Shown: in pieces, positions 48,372 through 61,630 of the stretch
Numbering within the stretch: the stretch's first letter is position 1
Layout of the letters: each line of letters begins with the position of its first letter
DNA from: Glaucostegus cemiculus
Lineage: Eukaryota
Direction: 5' to 3'
Assembly: GCA_976551045.1 (NCBI GenBank)
Contig: CDPCPM010000301.1
Span: forward strand, 1,240,001-1,304,000
DNA: 64,000 nt
Translations under genes and position numbers: made by a program
The notes under the pieces: model-generated
Databases searched by the model: none
What the model was told of the DNA's origin: nothing
The model's input: only the letters and a program-made list of their open reading frames with translations

Positions 48372-51300
48372 TGGCTTTGACAGCTGGCCAGCAAGACAGC
48401 CTACTCTTCCTTTGGGACCGGCTCACTGGGTGGCGTTTCCTGGTGGATACGGGGGCCGAGATCAGCGTCCTTCCCCCCTCCAACATGGATACCCACAACA
48501 CGGTCAAAGGCCCTGAACTCACCGCAGCGAATGGCTCTACCATCCGCACCTATGGGCCGCGCACCATCCCATTACGCTTTGGGACCAGTTCGTTTACCTG
48601 GACCTTCACGGTAGCAGCGGCATCGCAGCCACTGCTAGGGGCGGATTTCCTGTGCGCCAACCGCTTGCTGGTCGATCTGAAGGGCCAGTGTCTGGTCCAC
48701 GCAGAGACTTTCCAAAGCTACCAGCTTGGGAAGGCCCGGTCACCTGCCCCCACCTTGACTCTATTGCACTCTCCGACAACAAGTTTGCTAAGGTGCTGGC
48801 AGAGTTTCCTTCCATTATCACCCCACAATTCTCCGCTGCAGACCCCAAGGCGTGGAGCACCACATCCCCACACAGGGACAATCGCTGCATGCCCGCGCCT
48901 GCAGGCTCCCACCCGAGAAGCTTGGCCTCGCCAAGGAGGAGTTTCAGAAGATGGAGTAGTTGGGCATCATCCGCCGTTCTGACAGCCCATTGGGCGTCCC
49001 CGCTCCACGTGGTGCCCAAAGCAACAGGGGGCTGGAGACCCTGCGGAAACTACAGGAGGCTCAACGACGCCACGACTGCCGACCGGTACCCTGTGCCCCA
49101 CATCCAGGACTTCATGGCGGGCCTCCACGGGGCGACCATTTTCTCTAAGATCGACCTGGTCCGAGGATACCATCAGATCCCCATACACCGCGACGACATG
49201 CCCAAAACAGCCCTCATCATCCCATTTGGGCTGTTTGAGTTCCTACGAATGCCTTTTGGCCTAAAGAATGCCACCCAGACTTTTCAAAGGCTGATGGACT
49301 CAGCGAGCAGAGGCCTCAATTTCGCTTTTGTGTACCTGGATGACATCCTGGTAGCCAGCAAGTCACGCAAGGAGCACACAGCCCATCTACGTCAGCTCTG
49401 TAAGCACCTGAGCGACCACGGGTTGGTGATCAATCCAGTGAAGTGCCAGTTTGGGCTGCGGGAGATCGATTTCTTGGGCCACAGGGTGAACCAGCATGGC
49501 GCCGCTCCACTACCAGACAAGGTACAGGCCATCCTCCAATTTCCCAAGCCCTACACGGTCAAGGGCCTTCAGGAAGATTCGTGGGGATGGCGAATTTCTA
49601 CCACCGCTTCGTGCCCGCAGCAGCACGCATCATGAGGCCCTCGTTCAGACTGATGGCCGGCAAGGCCAAGGAGGTCGCTTGGGATGCAGAGGCCTCCGCA
49701 GCTTTTGATTGGGCAAAGGAGGCACTGGCCAAGGCAACACTCCTGGTGCACCCGAGTCGACGTCCTTACAGCGCTCACTGTCAACGCTTCCAAGTGGGGT
49801 GTTGGAACAACTCATTGAGAGCCAGTGGAGACCGCTCGCCTTTTTCAGCCGACATTTGCGGCTGCCAGAGGTCAAGTACAGCGTTTTCGACAGGCAGCTG
49901 CTGTCGCTTTACCTGGCTGTCCGCCATTTCCACTATTTCCTTGAGGGAAGGTACTTTACCGTCTACACGGACCACAAGCCCCTCACTTTCACCCTGGCAA
50001 AGACATCGGACCCGTGTTGGCCCAGCAGCAACGACACCTCTCCTTCATTTCGGAGTTTACCATGGACGTCCGCCACATCGCTGGGAAGAGCAACGAAGTC
50101 ACCGACACACTGTCCTACCCATGCATCCACCCAGCGACCACCCCAGCAATGGGGGTCGACTACACAGTGCTGGCGTAAGCGCAGCAGGCGGACGACGAGA
50201 TCCCGGCCTACCACACCGCAGTCTTGAGACTCCGGCTGGAAGATGTCCCTGTTGGCCCTACGGCGACCTGGCTCCTGTGCGACACATCTACTGGCAGACC
50301 CCGGCCAGTAGTGCCCACAACATGGAGACGACGGATTTTCGACGCCCTGCACAACCTGGCCCACCTGTCCATCAGGGCAACTATCAGGATGGTGGCGGAA
50401 AAATTCGTCTGGCATGGTCTGCGCAAGCAGGTGGGGCACTGGGCCAGAACCTGCATGCACTGTCAGACGGCCAAGGTCCAGCGGCAAGTGAAGGCTCCCC
50501 TCCAGCATTTTCAGCCAATGCTTAGCAGATTCCAGCACATTCATGTGGACATCGTTGGACTGCTGTCAGTGTCCCGGGGCGCCAGATATATTTTCACCGT
50601 GGTAGACCGGTTCACCAGGTGGCTGGAGGCAGTGCCGCTAGAAGATACGTCCACTGCATCCTGCGCCAAAGCCCTCATTGCCCACTGGATCACCCGGTTT
50701 GGCCTCCCAGCTGACATTACCTGCGATTGAGGGGCGCAGTTCACGTCCAGCTTGTGGACGGCACTGGTGCAGCTCCTGGGTTCCCAACTGCGTCACACCA
50801 CAGCATACCAACCGCAGGCCAATGGTTTGGTAGAGCGTTTCCACCGGCAACTCAAGTCGGCCCTGATGGCTCGCCTGCAGGGGCCTAACTGGACGGACGA
50901 ACTCCCCTGGGTCCTGTTGGGCATCGGCACAGCCCCCAAAGAAGATCTGGGCACCTCTTCAGCCGAGCTGGTCTACGGCTCCCCCATCACGGTACTGGGC
51001 CAGTTCATACCAGGAGCCCAAGACCCAGCAGGGACGCCGGCGGAGGTGTTAGCGAGGCTGCGGGCCAAGGTGGGGACACTTGCACCAATCCCGACCTCCA
51101 GGCACAGCACAACGCCTTCTTTCGTTCCAAAAGACTGCCAGGGCTGTGAGTACGTTTTCATCTGCAGGGGAGCACACAAATTACCCCTGCAGAAGCCGTA
51201 CGAAGGGCCTTTCTGGGTGGTCCAGCGCAACGGTTCAACATATGTCATCGAGGTTGGGGGTCGTGAGGAGACTTTCACGGTAGACTGCCTAAAGCCAGCA

Positions 51301-51423
51301 CATCTGGACATTGCGCACCTGGTCAGAGTGCCTTCACCATGCCGACGGGGCAGGCCACCTAGGATGGATGTTCAGGCCGATGGCCCTACACCTCCGATGG
51401 GCGTTTTGGGGGGGGGGCTGTAG
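48344..51423 (+). pseudogene. pol: Gypsy pol (protease, RT, RNase H, integrase) broken by frameshifts and stops
   Basis: FLVDTGAEIS protease; KIDLVRGYHQIP and YLDD (49333-49344) RT; WRPLAFFS and YTDHKPL RNase H; HNLAH..CMHC, HVDIVG, NGLVERFHR integrase; PYEGPF. Spread over several frames, with an in-frame TGA at 50728-50730. Confidence 0.94.
51408..51417 (+). promoter_or_regulatory. Polypurine tract
   Basis: G10 run 1 nt before the 3' LTR. Confidence 0.85.
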
Positions 51424-51653
51424 CGACCCACACTACCGGTGGCTGAAGCACCGTCAGCGGCCATGGGGAAACGCGCGAGTCCGCACGGTAACGTCGGGAG
51501 GCGGGATTTCCGGTGGGAGGATGACATCACTTCTGCCGGCCATGTTTATCGGGAATTCTGCACGCGCGTGCTTTTTGCTTGTCGAATAAAACGTGTTTCA
51601 CTGAGTCACCGGGTCTCCGAGTCTTTCTGAGCCGCGTTTCACGGGCGACTACA
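51419..51653 (+). repeat. 3' LTR (235 bp)
   Basis: TGTAG...CTACA; AATAAA at 51585-51590; 8-bp insertion relative to the 5' LTR. Confidence 0.95.
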
Positions 51654-52436
51654 GTGCTTCCATTAAAGCCAATATGAATCTTCCCTTTACATCTTACCTT
51701 GCAGATCGAATCATCCATTTTCAGACAAGATGTGCAACATTTTGATTTAAAAAATCAAACTGCGTATATCAGAAATACTTTGGAAACAAGTCACATTAAT
51801 TGGATATACAACTGAGCTTCAAGTTGTTTAATCTCACCAGAGACCTGCCAGCTCACCCCATTCTAACATGGAAAGGGTACCAAGGCACAATTTTCCTCAG
51901 GTAGGCCTTTACCTAACTGATCAATGAAGTCCAGGGCAAAGACTTGCTTAGCAGATGGCCAACCCTGCCCACAGTGAATGAATATTGAACAACAATCATA
52001 GTTCACAAGTAGGCAAAAACAGAAAGCAATTTGTACACAACAAAGCCCACAATATTAATTAATAGAAAATCAAGCTTGCTCAGAAACCAGTGTTTTTTTA
52101 CACTGATCAATTGATCCTAATTCTGAGCCCAGTGTAAATTAAGAACCATAACAATGAACAAAATGAGGTACTGCCAAAGTTCTAGGGATAGCCACTGCAA
52201 CAAATTTACCTGCAAAGAATGCAAAAGCTTGTAAATTATCAATTAAGCAAACTATTTACATTGGTCTTAGAATTAGGATAAATTGATCAGAAAATCTGAA
52301 TTACAGAATAGCACAGCTCAGAGGGAGACCATTGTGTCCAATAAGTTTTCACTGCACGTGGGAGTTTGGAATTTCAATTCATTGTCATTGGTTTGCCCTG
52401 AACATTAAGCAATATAAATTCTCCACAAACACAGAC

Positions 52437-52626
52437 CGTCTCACGTGAAATCGATGTATTCTTCAATCTCTGAATGATTCCTTGCAGAACATCAAGCAGA
52501 TCAGGACTGATCTCCTTCAAGTAATGTGGCAAAGCTCTCCATGGCAATAAGCTGAACCAAGAACGAGCTATAAGTTTATCTACTGACATCAAATGTTTAC
52601 TTTTGTTCATCAGTTCAAGTAGCTCC
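52437..52626 (-). CDS. RNF213: RNF213 exon (ELLELMNKSKHLMSVDKLIARSWFSLLP...)
   Basis: tcttcag acceptor, gtctgt donor (exact donor slightly uncertain), 190 nt, phase 2/0. Confidence 0.87.
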
Positions 52627-52917
52627 CTGAAGAAAATAAGTTAATTACAACATAATTAATTATGTACAAAGCACATTGAATACAAATAAGCACATACAAA
52701 GAACAAATCCTCCACAGAATAAGTAAACAAAATGTCGGAAAAAAATTATTGCTTTCTTATACCACACATTTTTAAATCATGGATATTATTGTCACAACAG
52801 GACACAATTTAGCACTAGACATGACAAAGATCTTCACATCCTCCACCCAGAGTGATATTGCATAAAATCTGATGGCTCTGTTGCCATTGCCATACAGGTA
52901 GTTCAAAAAGGACTTAC

Positions 52918-53133
52918 CTTTGGGTGGCATCATTAATTTTTTGTCTAAAATTAATAACTGGAAGCCCTTCAAGTCCAGCCCATCTGTCTTCTGACTGACT
53001 ATTGTCCAAAATGTCTGGGCTTGTTACGATGGATGGAAAACGAAATAAATGGAAAACAGGAATCAACTGCACCCATTTTATTATTCTGTTGTCAATGCAT
53101 TTATTCATTGTCTGGCATATCATCTGTACAGTC
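52918..53133 (-). CDS. RNF213: RNF213 exon (...WVQLIPVFHLF...EDRWAGLEGL...)
   Basis: tacatag acceptor, gtaagt donor, 216 nt, phase 2/2. Confidence 0.91.
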
Positions 53134-53594
53134 CTATGTACATATAAAAAAAAACAGATATATCAAATAAAACTGGGGAGAAGAGGAGAAACTACTTACA
53201 TAATATTAGAATAATTGTCAGTTGATTAAACACTAGTTGAAACAGAATTCCTTTTGGTCATCCAGAATCATAATGCACTGCTATATCAGACAAGTTTATT
53301 TTCTATTTGAAATCACAAGCCATTTGTTCGAACAAATCATCGGTAAAAGAAGATTCATGGGGAAAATGGGAGATTCTAACCAATGAACAGTTTAAGCAAG
53401 AGTTAGCTGCATTTAATTCACATATAGCAAGGGCTAATGCAGCTTCTAAGTATTAAACACATTGAAACACCCACTTTGTACAGAAAATCTAAGACAAAGT
53501 TAAAAATATACTACATTCTAACAAAAGACTTACAGATTATGCCTCTCAGAGAAGGCATTCTCACAGAAATAATCTATCAAACTCCCTCAGAATG

Positions 53595-54090
53595 TTGAGG
53601 CAGACAGGTGGAAACATGAGAAAAAAATTAGGCAGGTGGAGCTAGGTGGGGAAGGGGGAGAAAGGGTAGAGACAGAGGCTGCTAGGTGGAACCATATAAG
53701 GGGGGATGATGGGCAGATGGAACCAGGTGGTGGAGGTGATAGGAAAGGTGAAACAAGAGAGAAGAAACTCAGGTTAATAGGTATGTGGGTGAAAGGCAGG
53801 TGGAACCAGGTGGGGGAGGGTGATGAGTCTCAGTAACGAGGGGGGGGGGTGGAATGGAAAAGGTGAACAAAGGGAGAGAGAGCCTGGGTGGACTGGTGGG
53901 AGTGGGAAAGGGACACAAGGGGTGTGGGTTACCTGAAATTGAAACATTCATTTTCATACGATTGGGCTGTAGGGTACTCAAGTGGAATGTGAGGGTGCTT
54001 GGCCCTAGTTTGTGCTTGGCCTCACCATGGCAGTGGAGAAGACAGAGGACAGACAGGTTGGTGTGGGGAAAGGAAAGGGGAGTTGAAATG
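53595..54090 (-). mobile_element. Penelope-like element endonuclease/3' fragment
   Basis: Minus strand ...TLQPNRMKMNVS.F plus pyrimidine-rich UTR, homologous to the 42440 region. Confidence 0.7.
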
Positions 54091-54109
54091 ATTAACGTCT
54101 ACTAATGAT

Positions 54110-57100
54110 CTACTGAAATGATCTACTGCCCCAGGACAACTTTTCTGCACTTACCCCACATTCTTCAATTCCTTTAATATCTAAAAATTTATCAACGTCA
54201 GTCTTGAATACACTCAATGAGTGATTCTATAACCTTCTTGGGTAGATAATTCCAAAAAATCATTACCCTCTAGGTGAAGAAATTTTCTTCTTATTTCTGT
54301 CCTGAATGGCCAGTCCCTTATTTTCAGATTTGACCCCAATTCTAGACAACCTAGCCAGGGAAAACTCGACTCTCTATGCACTTTAATAATTTTGTGTGTT
54401 TCAGTGAGAGCATCTCTCATTCTTTAAACTCCAGAGAGTGTATGCCCAGACTCCATAATCTCCCCTCATATCAAACCCACCATTCATGGGATTAAGCTGG
54501 TGAATCTCTGCCGAACTCCACCTATTGCAAGCATATCCTTCCTTAGGTGGAAGGCCAGATTTTAACACAATATACCAGATGCATTCTCACTAGGGAACTA
54601 TCTAATTGGAGCAAAACATCTCCACCCTGGAACTGAAATACTGTTGCAGTGAAGGCTAACATACTGTTTCCCTTCCTAATTTCTTTGTGAACCTGCATAT
54701 TAGCTTTCAGTGATCCATGTACGAGGGCTCCAGGATCCACAACACCCTTCAATCACTCATCATTAAAAAAACTGCTCATCTATATTAGCTACCAAAATGG
54801 ATGGCCTCATATTTCCCCACATCACATTCCCCTTACCGGTTACTGGTCCATTCACTCGATTTATCTGCATCTCCCAACGTCTCTCTGCATTTTCCTCACA
54901 GCCAATGTTGCCATCATAAATTATATCAATAGCAAACTTGTATGTATTACACTTGATCCCCTGATCCAAATCACCAATATAAATTGGTTACACTTGGGCC
55001 CAAGCATCAATCCCTCATAAGAGTCTCCCAACCTGAAAATATCCTGTTGATTCCTCCTTTAGTTTCTGTCATATTAACCATCCCCGAATCTTTGTTTCTG
55101 ATACCATACATTCTAATTGTGTATATTAATTCCCAGTTTGGCACCTTACCAAAAGCCTTTTGAAAGTCCAATTGCTCCACATCACTTAGTTTGCCTTCAG
55201 CTATTCTGCTCAAAAAAATTCCAACAGCCAAATCAAACATGACTGCTTTTTCATAAATCTATGTTGAGTCTACCCAATCCTATTATTATTTTCTAAACAC
55301 CCTGTTATGACTTCCTGAGTAATAGTTTCCAGCATTTTTTGAACAGTTCAGCACAGGAACAGGCCCTTTGGCCCACTACTACTTCTACTACATTACCAGC
55401 TCAAATAGTTTTTGATTCAATTTCTCCCTTGCTTTTTTCATATTGGGTAAGGTTACATTTGTTACCTTCCAATCTGTGGGAAGGATTCAAGAATCAATGC
55501 AATTAGGAAGATGACAACCACACTGTCCAGAGCCACCTCTTTCAAGGCCCTAGATTGCAGGTAAACAGGTCCTGGTGATTTTTACCTTTCAGTCCCATTC
55601 ATTTCTCCATTATGTTTTTTCAAACTAATGCTAATTTCTTTCTCATTTACTTCAGAACTGTACTCCTCCATTACTTCCAGGACATTTCATTAGTCTTCTG
55701 CGAAGATGCACATGAAATCTTTCTATCTTTGTCATTTCCCTAACCCTCAATATAACTTCTCCTATTGCATCCTGAAAGGGACACAGATTAACTGTTGCTA
55801 ATCTTTTCATTTTTACTTATCAACAAAAGCTTTTACCAATCTGCTTTTATGTTTCTTACTAGACTACATTCATATTCTAATTTCCCTATCCATGCCTCGG
55901 TCCTCTTTGCTTAATTACTGATTTTTTGATAATCCTCCAGTTTACTGCATATTGGCAATGTCATAAGCCCTTTAAGTCAATACTATCTTTGTTCCCACCT
56001 ATTTTAAGAAGACCATCTTGGATGCCATCTCCCTGGCCCTACACTCATCTCTGGAGCATCTGGACAGTAAAGACACCATCATTAGACTATTGTTTATTGA
56101 CTACCGCTCTGCCTTCAATACTATAATTCCAAGCAAACTTATCACCAAACTCTGAGACCTGGAACTCAACACCTCCCTCTGTAACTGGATCCCTGACCTT
56201 CTGACCAACAGACTGCAATCAGTGGGGATAGGCAGCAACAGCTCCGGCACGATTATTCGCAACACTGGTGCCCCACAAAGCTGTGTCCTCAGCCCTCTCC
56301 TCTACTCCCTGTATACTCATGACTGTGTGACCAGATTCTGCTCTAACTCCATCTACAAGTTTGCAGATGATACCACCATAGTAGGCCATATGTCAAATAA
56401 TGATGAGTCGGAGTACAGGAAGGACATAGAGAGCTTAGTGACATGATGTCATGACAACAACCTTTCCCTCAATGTCAGCAAAACAAAAGAGCTGGTCATT
56501 TACTTCAGGAAAGGGGGTAGTGTACGTGCACCTGTCTACATCAATGGTGCGGAGGTTGAGGGAGTTGAGAGTTTCAAATTCCTGGGAGTGAACATCACCA
56601 ACAGCCTGTCCTGGCCCAACCACGTAGACGTCATGGCCAAGAAAGCTCACCAGCACCTCTATTCCTCAGGAGGCTAAAAAAAAATTAGCATGTCCCCTTT
56701 GACACTTACTAACTTTTATCAATACTCCACAGGAAGTATCCTATCTGGATGCATCATGACTTGGAATGGCAACTGCTCTACGCAGTACCGCAAGAAACTG
56801 CAGAGAGTTGTGGACACAGTGTATCAGAGAAACCAGCCTCCCCTCCATAGTCTACACCTCTCGCTGCCTTGGTGAAGCAGAGGGCATAATCAAAGACCCC
56901 ACCCACTCGGGTCATTCTCTCTACTCTCCTTTCCCATCAGGCAGAAAATACAGGAGCCTGAGGGCACATACCACCAGGTTCAAGGACAGCTTCTATCCCA
57001 TGGTGATAAGACTATTGAAAGGTTCCCTTATATGATGAGATGGACTCTTCACCTCACAATCTACCTTGTTTGACCTTGCACCTTATTGTCTACCTGCAAT

Positions 57101-58100
57101 GTACTTCCCTGTAGCTGTGACACTTTACTCTGTATTCTGTTATTGTTTTCACCCAGTACTACCTCAATGCACTGTGTAATGAATTGATCTGTACGAACAG
57201 TATGCAAAACATGTTTTTCACTGTACCTCGGTACAAGTGACAATAATAAACCAATACCTTCTCTTGATAACCACAGGTGGACCACTTTTCCTGTTGAGTT
57301 CATTCTGCCCAAAAGGGATATACAGTACTTGTAAATTATGAATCAATTCTTTAAACTTTAGCCATTCCTTGTTTGCCACACCTCCTCATCTGGTTTCCTA
57401 ATACACCATTGCTAACTGACTTCTTATGCCTTCCTATTTGATTTACTCAGGTTTAAGACCCTGGTTTAAGACTGAACTAAATCATTTTCAGTCTTCATAT
57501 TAAGTTATATCATACTTTTATCACTGATCTTTTAAATACCATTTACAATAAGACCAATTTATCTTTTCTGAATACCCAGTACTAGTTCCAAAATGCCAGT
57601 TCTCTTGTTGGTTCCTCAATGAACTGATTTGGAAAACCAGCTCTTAATAATTGCTAATTTTGTTTTCCCAGTTTCTAGGTAGATTAAAGACTTGCATGAT
57701 CATTGTATTAGCCCTGTCATATGCACCTCTAATTTGCAGATTTATACTCCGTCCAATATTACCATTAATGTTTGGATCCCATCAAAACTCCCACAGATGT
57801 TTCCTACTCCTTGAAAGTTCTTATCTTCACTCAAACTGATTCTAATTATTTCCTGATCTAAAACCCTTCCTCTCTACCGCCTCTTTCTAATTTTTTAATA
57901 TCAGGACTAACTCTTCGGAAAGGTAAGCATTATTCTACATTTAATTCCCAGCCTTGGTCACTTTGCAACCATGTTTCTATAACATCTTTTAGATTGTACT
58001 TATTTATTTCTATCTGTGCCATTAATTCACCTATCTTGTTACAAAGGCTTTGTGTTGTCAGACAAAGATTCTTTAATTTTATCCTTGTATCAATTTTTCT
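54110..58100 (-). mobile_element. Old CR1 LINE ORF2, interrupted by a Rex1 insertion
   Basis: LDFQKAFGKVP, KFAID, LVRMHLVYCVKIW remnants; CR1-like sequence continues after 57255. Confidence 0.75.
56012..57255 (+). mobile_element. Rex1/Babar-clade LINE, 5'-truncated
   Basis: [68 protein letters not shown] and 3' UTR. Confidence 0.92.
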
Positions 58101-58330
58101 TGCTCCAACTCTAATTAGAAATATATCTTATGTTTGTGTTCACTGTCCCTTCCTGGCAGGCTCTGTGTGCACACACTGGCTAATTGTCACATTGAGAGGG
58201 TATAAACTTAATACTGCAAAACCTCAATTATTTCTGTTATTATTAAACAGGAAAATCAACTTTAAGCGTACACAGGTCGAATGGCAAGATACATATTTCA
58301 ATACTTTTGAACGATTTACAAAGTCCTTAC

Positions 58331-58590
58331 CTATTCCCAAAATAGAAGCTTTCTTTAAGAGTCATGAATTCCTTAATGATGTCATCTGCAGATAAGTATT
58401 GTACACTGAAAAAATCACAAACTGCAGCCACTTCAGAATCTGGCCATTCAAGATTATAGATGCAAGAGAGGCACAATATTAGTAAGCCAGTTCGCAGACG
58501 GATTTGCACAAAATTTGTCTCCATTTCTGAAACTTGATTACTTGGATCCACAGCCATTATTTTCAAAGCCATTTTTAGAATATCCTTAAC
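58331..58590 (-). CDS. RNF213: RNF213 exon (VKDILKMAL...RLRTGLLIL...)
   Basis: tgtttag acceptor, gtaagg donor, 260 nt, phase 0/2. Confidence 0.88.
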
Positions 58591-60334
58591 CTAAACAATA
58601 AACATAATTATCTGAAACTATTGTCAAAAGCAGTTTAGTCAATATGGAGACAAAGTATTTAACATGGTTTTAAATATGATAAGAATCTTAATGGAAACAG
58701 TTTTCCTTGAAACAGTGACCCAAATTAAACCTTTGCATTCAATCCAGAGATACCTTGCGTATTTCTCTACAGAATCCCACTTTATCCAACTTCTATTAAG
58801 GTTTGTCTAACATTTTTTGCAAAGGTATTCTTCCAAATGATGGTGTAAAGAAATTTGGTATAAGGAGATCACCCATAGTGTGTCTATATCATTCAAGGGA
58901 TAGATGAAGTGCATAGATTTGTAGCAAGTCCAAATCCATTGTTAAAATATTTCTGAAATTTTTGCTAATGCTATTTATTTACAGAATTGCAAAATAAATG
59001 TACCATTTTGTTCAGAATACATATAGTACATTCCTTCACACAGTATTTAATATTTATCCTTCACCTTTTCTGAAGAATATGCCATAAGATGATAGATGAG
59101 ATGAACTAGCTAGTAGGTAGTTATTTTATTTGACAATACTGGGAGTGAAAATCTTTACCTGCATTTGATATAGTTGTGTATTTGATCACACAAGGGCATG
59201 CTTCTGGCATTGTTAACAATATGGAACTATCTTGGGACTTAGCTGCAGCAGGGTAGGAATGCTTTGATCAGACACTCAAATGTTTAGGGTTTCGAAGAAT
59301 TTGAGAAGTGTAATTGTAGCTTTTCACAAATGGTATTTCAATATGAGGTTTAGCTCACTCCTAGATCCTTAGCATCAATCAGTTGTGAGGGTATTTTCAT
59401 TGGGATGGGGGATGGCAACTAAGGAGTCAAAACTCATCGTAGCATTTGTGACTTAATCAGGGTTGTTTGCAAACATCAGGTTTTATGTTATGTAATAAGT
59501 CCCATTGCAAGAAGTAGAATTGGTAGCAGTGTCACTGTGAAGTAGTAGAAAAACAGTTTCCTGTATCATATAATTCAGAAAGTGGGCCCAGCAAACTTTA
59601 GAGACCTGCACTTTCTTAAATAAAGGGCAGGAACTGTCAAGGTACGTGCCTTTCAAACACCATTTTAAACTCTGGTGGGAGGAACAAGCCAGGAATAAAG
59701 ACATCATGAAGTGGTACAGAATACATTTGGGGGGGGGGGGGGGCGGTGGGAGAAAGAGGTTTCTGTAGGAATCAACGACACAGGAAGGAGAAGGTTGAGG
59801 TCCTACAGTCAGAATTATTCCCCTAGCTTTATCCATCCTTTCCCCACCTTCAACTTGAAACATTAACTCTGTTTCTCTATCCACAGCTGCCTGACCTGCT
59901 GAGTGGAGAATAAAACTGATGTTCTGCAATATACATTTAGTCACTTGGCATGTAGTTCTGATTACTCAAAAAGACACTGAATATTCCAGCATATAGGGTG
60001 TTCAAAAAAGATAGTGAAAGAAGAATATAGCACTGGATAGAGAAAATGTCTTTGAGAGGGCAAGCATAGAATTTGATCAGAAGTTAACAGCAAGAAGGGA
60101 GCTATCATTCTACTACAGGACACCAAACACAATGAGAAAGAGCAAGGAAGAAAGAAAGAGAAACAAATCTTCAGGGAAATTATAGAAATGCACAAGACCC
60201 ACACAGCAAATGTTAATTGGGTGATTTGAATTATTCCAATATTGATTGGAACTACAGAATACAGATGTGATTCAATTTATAAAAGGGTTGTGTTCTAGGA
60301 CAGTGTATTGTTAAGTGAAGATTCATAAATGGAA

Positions 60335-60680
60335 GAAGCATTCTGTATCCAGTGCATTCCAGATTCCAAATACAGACGTTCCTTCTGTCAATCTTAATTC
60401 TCTTCCCCTTTATTTTATACCCATGTCATCTAGTCCTCCACCAACGGGTACTGTCTCCCATTGTCCACTCCCTCATTTTATACAATTCTATCAAATCTCT
60501 CCTCAGCCTTCTTTCCTCCAAAGAAAACAACCCCAGCCTCTCTAATCCATCCTTGTAACTGTGGCCCCTCATCCCAGCAACTATTTGCTCACATCTTTCC
60601 TTGATCTCTCTAACATCTTCAAATCCCTCCTGTAACAAGGGAGCCAAAATTGAGCATATTTCAAAGCCTGGCAGAGGCAG
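60335..60680 (-). mobile_element. CR1 3' fragment
   Basis: LERLGLFSLEERRLRRDLIELYK. Confidence 0.8.
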
Positions 60681-61069
60681 ACCACTTTTGAGGCAGATTA
60701 TCAATAAGCAAGGGGGTGAAAGGTTACCATCTGCAGGTGGGAAATAGGAGTTGAGTTTGCAAGTAGATCCGCCATGATCTTACTGAATAGTGGAGAATAA
60801 AACTGATGTGCTGCAAATACATTTGGTCAGAGGCCAGGTGACCTAACCCTGCTTCTATTTTGTGGTGGCTTTGCAAGCTGAGATGGTTGTAGGCAAGGTG
60901 AGAAGTTGTCACTGGTGCTTGGACGGCGGTGATGCTGAGCTTGGCAGAACTTGAACTATTGATGGTTAGGATTCTTCCCATGATTGCCACTGGATGGATG
61001 ATGAACAAGGCTTAAAAGAAGGTGGCATTGGATATCTGGACAGTTCTCTTCTTCATCTCCAATGAGTAA

Positions 61070-61630
61070 AGCCCTAGCACCTTAAGCCTCTCCTCATATT
61101 CCATACTCTCTAATCCAGGCAGCATCCTGATATATCTCCTCTGTACCTTCTCCAATGCCTCCACATCCTTCCTATAATGCGGTGATCAGAACTGAACACA
61201 GTACTCTAAATGTGGTCTAACTAGAGTTTTGTAAAGCCGCATCATCACTTCGTGGCTCTTAAACGCGATCCCACGACTTAAGAAAGCTAACATCCCATAG
61301 GCCCTCATAACTGCCCTATCCACCTGTGAGGCAACTTTCAGTGAACTGTAGATATGAACCTTCAGATCCCGCTGCTCCTCTACACTGCCAAGTACCTTGC
61401 CATTTACCTTGTACTCTGCCCTGGAGTTTGTCCTTCCAAAGTGTACCACCTCACACTTCTCTGGATTGAACTCCATCTGCCACTTGTCTGCCCAGCTCTG
61501 CATCCTATCAATATCCCTCTGTAAGCTCCGACAGCCCTCCACACTATCCACCACACTGCCGATCTTAGTGTCATCCGCAAACTTACTAACCTAGCCTTCC
61601 ATCCCCTCATCTAAGTCATCTATAAATATT
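61070..61630 (-). mobile_element. CR1 ORF2 fragment (relatively young)
   Basis: ORF 61186..61554: WADKWQMEFNPEKCEVVHFG...LYKTLVRPHLEYCVQF. Confidence 0.92.

Larger units (their letters stand above)
47427..51653 (+). mobile_element. Full-length, decayed Ty3/Gypsy LTR retrotransposon, CsRn1/Kabuki/Boudicca-like clade
   Basis: Two TGTAG...CTACA LTRs, PBS, PPT, domain order gag-PR-RT-RH-IN, flanks ATGC/GTGC (4-bp TSD with one mismatch), much more GC-rich than the flanking intron. Confidence 0.96.

Noticed and set aside
47392-51718. Many overlapping alternative-frame and antisense ORFs in the Gypsy element
   Set aside because: Expected from high GC content; only the gag and pol frames carry motifs, and no env-like ORF is present.
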